In this document: in pieces, positions 54,811-62,071 of the stretch
How the letters are laid out: each line of letters begins with the position of its first letter
Numbering within the stretch: position 1 is the stretch's first letter
Source of the DNA: a virus
Lineage: Duplodnaviria > Caudoviricetes
DNA length: 62,071 nt
IMG/VR virus record: IMGVR_UViG_3300037873_000013
Location: 1 to 62,071 of that record
Reading direction: 5' to 3' (one strand)
Notes under the pieces: model-generated
Databases searched by the model: none
Seen by the model: only the letters and a program-made list of their open reading frames with translations
Told to the model about the DNA's origin: nothing
Translations under genes and position numbers: made by a program

Positions 54811-56078
54811 TCGATCCCGTGGTCATGTACCACATCGACAGGCCCATGGATACAGCCACCGTCGAGCGAGAGGCTTATCGAACCGAGTGGTTCCCGAAGA
54901 ACTGGCGTTCCGACGACGATCCGAGCTTCACGGGTACCGAGTTCGACGATCTCATGAGGTTCGTCGAGACTCGACCGGCCTGGGGAGACCAATGGCGTGC
55001 TGCACGACAGCTCGGTGGTGGTCGACTGGTGCGCGTGCTGATCCTGGCAGCTTCCATAGGGGCAGGACAGCTGGCCACTGACGTCGCAGCCAAGTCATGG
55101 CCCAATCTGCTGAGGATAGCTTTACAGTCCAAGTACGGCGATGGCGGAACAGGGTTCATGTCTCCGGACTGGAGAGCTGCAGTCATGCCTAACAGCGGTG
55201 TCTCGTCAACAGGTTCGTGGACCGATGTCCAGAGCCCTGGTCCACCAGCAGTTAATGAAGGTGGGATCGGCGCTTATTCAGTTCGACCGACCACGTCTGG
55301 CAACGGTGCCACTTTGACCTTCACATTTCGAGGTACGACGCTCGACATCTTCACCAAGACTGACCCTGCATATGGACGAGTCGATTACAACATCGACGGT
55401 GCTGGAGCAGTACAGATACCGCTCAACAGTGCAGTGTCGATCAATACGACTACAGTCTCCGGACTGAGCGCAGGAACGCACACTGTAGTGCTGACTGCAG
55501 CCGCTGGGACATCACGTATTTATGGGATTCGAGGGCGCAACGCCACTGGGGTCATTGTCGACAATGTATCGTCTGGTGGTCGCAGCATTCAGGACATGGC
55601 ACGAGCGACCACCAATCTGAGTGGACACAACGCCATACAGGACACGGTAGCTGCCATCGGTGCGATAGACTTGGTCATCATTTGTCTTGGTCCGAACGAC
55701 GTGATATTCGACGAGAGCACCACGATACAAGACTCTCTGTGGGATGCTCTCGAAGAGATACACAACTATCTGATCAAAGGTGGATTGAGCCTGGCTGTAC
55801 CACCCACCATTTGCACCATGCTCGAGCACATCGGGACGGCTGATACCATACCAGGGTTTGGATTCCTGAAGCGTGATTGGATTCAACTCTCCTCAGTTGT
55901 CCGAGACTTCTCTGATGCTACGACAGCTGCCCTGGTTGACTATTGGTCTGCTGGTAGACATTCGTGGGACTATTGGGCAGCCAAGACGTACTGGGGAGCT
56001 GGCAACACAGACGGAGTGCATCCCAACGACGTCGGGCATCAGGCGTATGCTTCACCGCTCATCGATCTATTGACATAA
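54807..56078 (+). CDS. SGNH-type esterase with beta insert, probably virion-associated
   Basis: LILAASIGAG (block I variant), SGG, LGPND, DGVHPN. Confidence 0.7.
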   Translation: MIDPVVMYHIDRPMDTATVEREAYRTEWFPKNWRSDDDPSFTGTEFDDLMRFVETRPAWGDQWRAARQLGGGRLVRVLILAASIGAGQLATDVAAKSWPNLLRIALQSKYGDGGTGFMSPDWRAAVMPNSGVSSTGSWTDVQSPGPPAVNEGGIGAYSVRPTTSGNGATLTFTFRGTTLDIFTKTDPAYGRVDYNIDGAGAVQIPLNSAVSINTTTVSGLSAGTHTVVLTAAAGTSRIYGIRGRNATGVIVDNVSSGGRSIQDMARATTNLSGHNAIQDTVAAIGAIDLVIICLGPNDVIFDESTTIQDSLWDALEEIHNYLIKGGLSLAVPPTICTMLEHIGTADTIPGFGFLKRDWIQLSSVVRDFSDATTAALVDYWSAGRHSWDYWAAKTYWGAGNTDGVHPNDVGHQAYASPLIDLLT

Positions 56079-56098
56079 CCGCATAGGACGGATGACAA

Positions 56099-56830
56099 AT
56101 GACGGATACCTCGAACACCGGTCAACAGCCTCCTGCAGGCACGCCTGCTCCGGTCCCAGCTGTCCCGAGCCATGACCAGCTTGCTGCCATGGGCCCTTTC
56201 CAGAACCAGTTGACCTGGGTGGGAACCGAGCAGTTCGCTCGCGGCCAGCAGGACGGAGCCAAGAAGATCGCCGAACAGCTGGGGATGACGGTCGATGAGG
56301 CTGTCGCCAAGCTCAAGGGCACGCAGCCGCCTGACCAGAGCCAGCAGCAACAGCAGGGGCAGTCGAACCCTGACCTGGAGCGGCGCATCGCCGAACTGGA
56401 GCAGCGACAGACCAAGCTCGATGAACGCGAGGGCAAGCTCACCACCCGTGAGGCTGCCATCCAGCTGGCCGAGCAGGATGGTCTACGCATCACGGCGCTC
56501 GAAGCCCTGGGCATGACGCGTGACCAAGCCCAGTCCGCCAAGGCCATGCTGCAGCTCCCCCAGGGTGTGACCGAGATGACCGCCGACCTGGCCAAGGCTT
56601 CCGCTGAGCAGCTCAAGACGACGTTCCCGGGCCTGTTCCCGGCTCAGCAGGAGAACGGACAGCAGCAACAAGGTCAGTCAGCTGGGCAACAGAACGCTGG
56701 TGGTCCCCCTCCAAGCACGCACACTGCTGGCACGCAACAGCCCGCTGGTGGAGGAGCAACGGTGTCGGCGGAGGACCGTGCCAAGAGCCGTCTCACGGCT
56801 CGTGGGCATGTGAAGCCCACTATGAGCTAG
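56099..56830 (+). CDS. Scaffolding protein
   Basis: Gln-rich coiled coil upstream of decoration/capsid genes; ..FPGLF motif. Confidence 0.75.
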   Translation: MTDTSNTGQQPPAGTPAPVPAVPSHDQLAAMGPFQNQLTWVGTEQFARGQQDGAKKIAEQLGMTVDEAVAKLKGTQPPDQSQQQQQGQSNPDLERRIAELEQRQTKLDEREGKLTTREAAIQLAEQDGLRITALEALGMTRDQAQSAKAMLQLPQGVTEMTADLAKASAEQLKTTFPGLFPAQQENGQQQQGQSAGQQNAGGPPPSTHTAGTQQPAGGGATVSAEDRAKSRLTARGHVKPTMS

Positions 56831-56832
56831 AG

Positions 56833-56849
56833 TCAAGCAACCAACCTGA
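56833..56849. promoter_or_regulatory. Degenerate operator TCAAGCAACCAACCTGA upstream of capsid genes
   Basis: Similar to the 17-bp dyad family; intergenic. Confidence 0.5.
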
Positions 56850-56933
56850 CCGGTCAGGCAGAGACAGACCGGATGACGCAGGCTCGATAGACGGGCCCCA
56901 ACCGAACCAATCGAACAAACGGAGGGCCCCTCC

Positions 56934-57662
56934 ATGGGCTTTGACCTGAAGTTCGAGCAGGACGGAGCGTTTTCCGGTACTTCCAAGGCCTGGCTTGCCA
57001 GCCGCATGGGAGTGGACATCTGCCGGGGCATCACGCTCGCTCTCGAACTCTTCAACCCGGCAACGCACTACCCCAACGGGTTCATCCCGTCGGGCATGTG
57101 TCTCGGCAAGGTGACGACCGGCGGTCTGATCGGGCTCTATGGGCCCTATGGCGGACTCGCCAACGAGGTGCAGACCGTCAACCTGGGTGCTGCTTCGGCT
57201 GGCACGGTCACGATCACCTTCCAGGGGTCGACCACCGCTCCGATCGCCTTCGATGCGACGGTCGCCCAGGTGCAGGCTGCTCTCGACGCGCTTCCCAACA
57301 TCGGACCTGGTGACGTCACGGTGACCGGTGGGCCCTGGCCTGCCACGGACCTGACGCTGACCTTCAGCGGTCAGTACGCCGGAGTCAACGTCTCGCCGAT
57401 CACCGTGGATGGTGCTGGTGCGACCGGTGAGACCATCACCATCGCCAGCCCCACCGCTGGTGGCTCGGCTGGTCTGGCCACGCTCGACGTCCTGACCGGG
57501 CACCTGCTCGACGATGTCAAGGTTCGCACCACCAACGGCGCTGGTCGGTCGGTCGGTACGCTCTACTGGAACGGCATCGTGGTCGAGAGCCGGCTTCCCG
57601 CCAACAGCGGCATCGACACCAACGGCAAGGCGGATGTGGCTGCCCACATCCGCTACGAGTGA
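56934..57662 (+). CDS. Head decoration protein with inserted surface domain
   Basis: YPNGFIPSG..LGKVT..GLYGPY and GHL...G.V.ESRLP flank a NEVQTV...TTAPIAFDATVAQVQAAL domain. Confidence 0.75.
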   Translation: MGFDLKFEQDGAFSGTSKAWLASRMGVDICRGITLALELFNPATHYPNGFIPSGMCLGKVTTGGLIGLYGPYGGLANEVQTVNLGAASAGTVTITFQGSTTAPIAFDATVAQVQAALDALPNIGPGDVTVTGGPWPATDLTLTFSGQYAGVNVSPITVDGAGATGETITIASPTAGGSAGLATLDVLTGHLLDDVKVRTTNGAGRSVGTLYWNGIVVESRLPANSGIDTNGKADVAAHIRYE

Positions 57663-57679
57663 TGGAAGGGAGCTGAGCT

Positions 57680-58789
57680 ATGACCATCATCTACGATCTG
57701 GTCGACCCTTCCGAGATGACCGCCTACGCGCGGCAGTTCAACGAAGAGGTTCTCCGGGCACGGTTCGTGCTGGATCAGATCCTGCCGAACGTGCTCCAAG
57801 AAGACCTGGAGTTCCGAGTGCGCTCGGGCCAACTGCAGGACGTCGACATCGCCGAGTTCCGGGCGTTCGACGTGCAGCCTCGCATGCTCGGTCGGCCCGG
57901 TGTCGTCCGCAAGCGTGGTGAGCTTCCGCCTCTCGGCATCCAGGTGCCGCTTCTGGAGGAAGAGTCGCTTCGGCTCCGCACCCTGCAGTCGGGGAATCAG
58001 AACCCCATCATCGATGCGATCTACGACGATGTTGAGCGCGTGACGCGCTCGATGCAGGGGCGCGTTGAGGCTGCACGAGCTGACGTGCTCATCGACGGCA
58101 TCGTGACCATCGCCGAGAACGGTGTGGCGATCACGGTCGACTTCGGCATGCCTGCTTCGCATCGTCCGGTCATCGCTGCTGGCAATACGCAGTGGACTTC
58201 GGCCAATGCTGCTACTGCCAAGCCTGTGGACAACCTGCTGGCTTGGCTGGAGATCTACTCGGCTGACACGGGCACGATCCCTCGCGGCATGATGATGAGC
58301 CGAACGCTGTTCGCTGCGCTCGCAGTCAACACGCAGATGCTGGCCTACGCCCAGGCTGGTGCTGCGACGGCGCCGACCCGGCTCGATCTGGTGACGATCA
58401 ACAACATCTTTGCCAGCTTCGGGATCCCGCCCATCACCAACCTGGGAGCCAACGATCTCGGTCGCCAGGTTCCTGGTGCTGGCACGCCAACGAACCCGTT
58501 CTATGACGTTCAGGTTCGTGTCAACGGTGTGCAGACGCGGCTTCTTCCCACTGACAAGGTCGTGTTCGTTCCGCCCACCGATACCCCCGTGGGTGCCACG
58601 TTCTACGGCACCACCGCTGAGGCTGTGCGGCTGGTCGAGCGCAACCTGATCCAGCGTGAGGCTGCTCCGGGCATCACCGTGCTGGCACTGCAGAACGAGA
58701 ACCCTGTGCAGACGTTCACCGTCGGCTCGGCCATCGCTCTGCCGGTCATCATCAACCCTGAGTACCTCTTCACGGCTGACGTGGCCTGA
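57680..58789 (+). CDS. Major capsid protein (lambda gpE-like)
   Basis: AEFRAFD, ELPPLG, R.EAARADVL.DG, VDFGMP..H, C-terminal ALPV..NP. Confidence 0.9.
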   Translation: MTIIYDLVDPSEMTAYARQFNEEVLRARFVLDQILPNVLQEDLEFRVRSGQLQDVDIAEFRAFDVQPRMLGRPGVVRKRGELPPLGIQVPLLEEESLRLRTLQSGNQNPIIDAIYDDVERVTRSMQGRVEAARADVLIDGIVTIAENGVAITVDFGMPASHRPVIAAGNTQWTSANAATAKPVDNLLAWLEIYSADTGTIPRGMMMSRTLFAALAVNTQMLAYAQAGAATAPTRLDLVTINNIFASFGIPPITNLGANDLGRQVPGAGTPTNPFYDVQVRVNGVQTRLLPTDKVVFVPPTDTPVGATFYGTTAEAVRLVERNLIQREAAPGITVLALQNENPVQTFTVGSAIALPVIINPEYLFTADVA

Positions 58790-58804
58790 TCGGAGGAAGA
58801 TGCC

Positions 58805-59290
58805 GTGACCGTTGTCAACCGCTACATCAACGTCGGCCGAATGGTCGATGGGAAGCAGGAGACCGTCGATCTCGTGCCCGGTCAGGAGGCTCCTGACTGG
58901 GCGGTCAAGCTGATCAAGCCCGAGATGCTCGGTGATCCTCGTGACCCCTTCGAAGAGCAAGACCAGTTCCTGACCGCCTTGCGCGAGACGGCCACCCGAG
59001 AAGGCATCGAGTGGACTCCCGAGTGGCGCAAGGAGCATCTGACGCAGGCCATCACGGCGAAGCGCCAGGCAGCCTCAGGAGGCGTCTCGCTCGACATGAG
59101 CCAGTTCGGTCCGCCCGGTGCCCAGGCTCCTGTACAGACCGACTCTGGCGACCAGCTGAAGGCACTCGACAGCATGTCCCGTGACGAGCTGGAGGCGGAG
59201 TACGTCGAGCGCTACCACGAGAAGCCCCATCATGCCCTGAGCGACAACAACCTTCGTGCCCGTGTGGGCGAAGCCAGGGACAAGGGCTGA
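58805..59290 (+). CDS. Head-associated protein with helix-extension-helix-like motifs
   Basis: PGQEAPDWA; MSRDELEAEYVERYHEKPHH...LRAR. Confidence 0.65.
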   Translation: MTVVNRYINVGRMVDGKQETVDLVPGQEAPDWAVKLIKPEMLGDPRDPFEEQDQFLTALRETATREGIEWTPEWRKEHLTQAITAKRQAASGGVSLDMSQFGPPGAQAPVQTDSGDQLKALDSMSRDELEAEYVERYHEKPHHALSDNNLRARVGEARDKG

Positions 59291-59293
59291 GTC

Positions 59294-59638
59294 ATGGCGC
59301 TGGACCCAGAACAGCTGGCTGAAGTCCGAGACGAGATCGGTGCGGCTGATCCTCCCTCGGATTCCGACCTGGACGACATCCATGACCGCAAAGGCGGTCT
59401 CGTGGGTGTGGTCCGAGCTGTCTGGGCCCAGCGCCTGGCGAACTTCCTGGCCGACCCAGCAACATTCTCCGTCTCAGGTGAGTACTCCCAGAGCGTCAGG
59501 GACAACATCGAGGGCATCCAGAAGCGGTTGGCCGAGTTGGCTGATGTGTCTGACGATTCAGACGAGATACCACCCAAGGGTGAGGTGGTCGCTGTGATCA
59601 ACAGTTACGAACTCGTGCGGCCGGACTGCGGACGGTGA
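59294..59638 (+). CDS. Head-to-tail adaptor
   Basis: Position after capsid; VRDEIG..DP pattern. Confidence 0.65.
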   Translation: MALDPEQLAEVRDEIGAADPPSDSDLDDIHDRKGGLVGVVRAVWAQRLANFLADPATFSVSGEYSQSVRDNIEGIQKRLAELADVSDDSDEIPPKGEVVAVINSYELVRPDCGR

Positions 59639-59642
59639 ACCG

Positions 59643-60548
59643 GTGCCGCAACCGGCTGAGGTCAGACGACAAGCTGACAGGCTCGCTTCCACCTACAAGC
59701 GAGCCTGGCTTGAGATCATGGAGCGACAGCGACAGGTTCTAGCTCTCCGTGGTAGTCGAAAGCGTCGGCTTCTGCGCATTGTCGAGAACCGAATCGAAGA
59801 GTTGCTCGATGAAGTTGATGCTGTAACTCGCCGATGGATAGCAGAAACCTATCCCACCATCTACAGGCTGGGTGCGGTCACTGGTGCGCGTGCAGCTGCA
59901 GCAGTTTTCGACGAGTGGACCGACCTTCATCTGAATGCTATCGAGCGGATAGCAGCCGATCTGTTCGATGATCTGCTCCAAGCCACAGCGTTCGTAAGAG
60001 CGGACACCAGGCGATTCATTCAGGAATCAACCAAGATCGTGAGCGATGCGGTCGTTCGTGGGACTCCAGCTCTTCGAGGTGGGACACAGCTGGAGCGTGT
60101 GCTGTCCGAACGGGGGATAGCAGCCGTCATCTATCGAGATGGTAGTCGGCATGGGCTGGCTGAGTACTCGCAGATGGTGATTCGCACCAAGACAGCTGTT
60201 GCCTACAACACGGCAACACTCAATGCTGGGAAGTTGGCTGGAGTCCAGTTCTACGAGGTGTTCGACGGACCTGATTGCGGACTAACTAGGCATGACGATC
60301 CTGATACCGCATTGGGCAAGATCATCTCATATGAAGAGTCATTGACATGGCCGATCTCACACCCCCAGTGTCGTCGCAGCTTTGGCGCCAGACCGGAGAT
60401 CCGTACGGCGGATCAGGCAGCCTTAGCCGGGCGCTCAGTGACCCCAGAACAGACGGCAGACATTCGACAGGCTGACGCAGTCCGAGCGGCAATCAGAAGC
60501 CGCAGAGCCCAGCGAGCACGCCAGAGACAGAGGAGACAAGCAGCATGA
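59643..60548 (+). CDS. Minor capsid / MuF-like protein
   Basis: YRDGSRH.L.EY..M..RT; HPQCRRSF. Confidence 0.75.
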   Translation: MPQPAEVRRQADRLASTYKRAWLEIMERQRQVLALRGSRKRRLLRIVENRIEELLDEVDAVTRRWIAETYPTIYRLGAVTGARAAAAVFDEWTDLHLNAIERIAADLFDDLLQATAFVRADTRRFIQESTKIVSDAVVRGTPALRGGTQLERVLSERGIAAVIYRDGSRHGLAEYSQMVIRTKTAVAYNTATLNAGKLAGVQFYEVFDGPDCGLTRHDDPDTALGKIISYEESLTWPISHPQCRRSFGARPEIRTADQAALAGRSVTPEQTADIRQADAVRAAIRSRRAQRARQRQRRQAA

Positions 60549-60889
60549 GACGAGTGACCATCAAGGGTGATCGGGCGGCTGGGTACGAGACGGTGATCGA
60601 CGGTCTCGACATCAGTGATCAGCTCCATGGGCTCCAGCTGGTCTTGGGTGGCGGACAGCCACCCGTTGTCACGGTCAGCACGGGAGCGGGGCGCGTCGAG
60701 TTCGAGGGTGACGCCACTGTGATCTTGGAGGATCCCGAGGCGGAGAAGCGAGCCATCCTGACCTTCCTCGAAGGCATCGATCCTGTGGGGCTGGAGGAAG
60801 CCATGCTCGGTGGCGACATGGGTTCCAGCCCTGCTCAGATGGTGCTCAGCACGCTCCGTCGACTGGCGATCGAGAGCTACGGAGGCTGA
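60545..60889 (+). CDS. Hypothetical protein
   Basis: ATGA coupling. Confidence 0.65.
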   Translation: MRRVTIKGDRAAGYETVIDGLDISDQLHGLQLVLGGGQPPVVTVSTGAGRVEFEGDATVILEDPEAEKRAILTFLEGIDPVGLEEAMLGGDMGSSPAQMVLSTLRRLAIESYGG

Positions 60890-60892
60890 CCG

Positions 60893-61318
60893 ATGCCGCT
60901 GGATCTGCGACGCGTACAGACCAGGGTGGGTGAACTGCTCATGGTCGACGTGTGCACGATCTGGCGCGACCCCGAAGGTACGAGAGACGACGTGCTGACC
61001 CCTGACGGGCTCTCCTACGTTCTGCCCGATGACGCTGTCGCAGTCGAAACAGACCTTCCTTGCAACGTGAAATGGGTGAATCGGTACCCGCACACAGGAG
61101 AGAGCGGACAGAAGATCACCATCAGCGAGTACATGGCCAAGTTTCAGATGCCGTTCGACAACATCGAAGACGGAGATCTGATCGAAGTCACAGAGTCGGT
61201 GCACGACGAAAGGCTGATCGGCAAGTACATCAAGGTCATCGAAGTCGTGCATGGCTCTCTTGCCGTGCTGCGCAAGGCGCGAGCACAAATGCGTGAGAAG
61301 GCGGTTGACCAGCCATGA
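60893..61318 (+). CDS. Head-to-tail stopper (DUF6093-like)
   Basis: LMVDVCTIWR...PCNVK...GDLIEVTES..D..L.GK. Confidence 0.7.
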   Translation: MPLDLRRVQTRVGELLMVDVCTIWRDPEGTRDDVLTPDGLSYVLPDDAVAVETDLPCNVKWVNRYPHTGESGQKITISEYMAKFQMPFDNIEDGDLIEVTESVHDERLIGKYIKVIEVVHGSLAVLRKARAQMREKAVDQP

Positions 61319-61704
61319 TCCATATGTCTGTTGTCGGCGCCAAGATCATCACGGCAGCCTGGGACACGGCCTCAGCGACAGTCGAGAAGCGAACAGACAG
61401 CCGTGCCCATTACTGGGGCATGATGCTGGAGACCAAGATCAAGGGGCGTGCCTCCGGGCGCCCGGGTCCGCGCATCATCATAGGCGACTACCGACGAAGC
61501 TGGACCACGCAACGGATCCGTGGTGGAGCCATCGTGGGCACCAACAAGGTTCAGGGTCCCAGGCTGGAGCACGGGTTCAACGGAACCGACAGCCTGGGGC
61601 GGAACTACAACCAACCTCCATACCCACATGTCCGACCGGCTGCTGACGAGATCGAGCAGCAGTACGCACCGGACATGTTCCGAGTGATGACCCTGGGTTT
61701 GTGA
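61315..61704 (+). CDS. HK97 gp10-like neck protein
   Basis: GRPGP...GDYRRSW, VGTN..QG.RLEHG, QPPYPHVRPA. Confidence 0.8.
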   Translation: MIHMSVVGAKIITAAWDTASATVEKRTDSRAHYWGMMLETKIKGRASGRPGPRIIIGDYRRSWTTQRIRGGAIVGTNKVQGPRLEHGFNGTDSLGRNYNQPPYPHVRPAADEIEQQYAPDMFRVMTLGL

Positions 61705-62071
61705 TGACACTACTCATCGCTCGGTCTCCTTTGACGGAAGCAGTCAAGACGACGCTCAATGCCGTGTTGTCGGCAGAGAGTGGAGCAGTACCCAGATTCG
61801 ACGTAGGACGGGCGCCAGACAATCCGCCCAAAGACAGGCAAGAGCGCCTGGTTCATGGCTATGGCCTCATTTGGCCATTGGTCAGTCCGATCATGTGGGG
61901 TTCGCTTGCGAACCCTGAAGACGTGCTGACAGCTGTCTATCAGATCTCTCTTGTTGGCAGATCACCTGAGCATGTGCAGAACCTTTCGGATGCAACCCAC
62001 CGGGCACTATTGGACAGAGACAGTGCAGGTGTGTTCGTCAATGCCATCACTGTCGCAGGATTGACCGTGGT
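61704..62071 (+). CDS. Tail terminator/completion protein, 5' part (continues across the junction to 224)
   Basis: ATG 61704 overlaps the upstream stop; frame stays open across the junction into ORF 30..224 (~154 aa); lies between neck gene and major tail gene. Confidence 0.7.
   Translation, partial: MTLLIARSPLTEAVKTTLNAVLSAESGAVPRFDVGRAPDNPPKDRQERLVHGYGLIWPLVSPIMWGSLANPEDVLTAVYQISLVGRSPEHVQNLSDATHRALLDRDSAGVFVNAITVAGLTV
61945..62071. repeat. Terminal direct repeat copy 2
   Basis: Exact match to 1-127. Confidence 0.95.

Noticed and set aside
1-62071. Stop-codon reassignment suggested by the odd tRNA-like gene
   Set aside because: Core genes are intact in the standard code, and TAG, TGA and TAA all end genes at sensible positions.

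Overview
This is a complete, circularly assembled ~61.9 kb tailed dsDNA phage genome; bases 1-127 repeat exactly at 61945-62071, which looks like assembly overlap. It is siphovirus-like and GC-rich, and WhiB and DUF397-like genes point to an actinobacterial host. No integrase, reverse transcriptase or CRISPR array was seen. Modules: tail (1-10.5 kb), lysis (10.5-13.6 kb), replication/recombination (PolA, RuvC-like, SNF2 helicase, Cas4-like nuclease, Sak4-like ATPase, SSB; 14-23 kb), many small accessory genes, primase-helicase plus a likely origin (31-33.7 kb), a fibre-like cassette, TerL, a 6-kb early-gene island, then portal/head/neck genes. The most striking signal is regulatory. Nine unrelated small genes all begin with the identical 10-mer ATGACGAGCA, 6-7 nt after a TTGAC-N17/18-(-10) promoter (leaderless starts). 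An atypical 93-nt tRNA-shaped RNA (45253-45345) carries, where the anticodon loop should be, UGCUCGUCA, the exact complement of nucleotides 2-10 of that motif. A 17-bp dyad operator (TCAAGT-N5-ACTTGA) recurs about 14 times, and several other long structured non-coding segments are present. Functional calls come from visual motif recognition only, without database searches.
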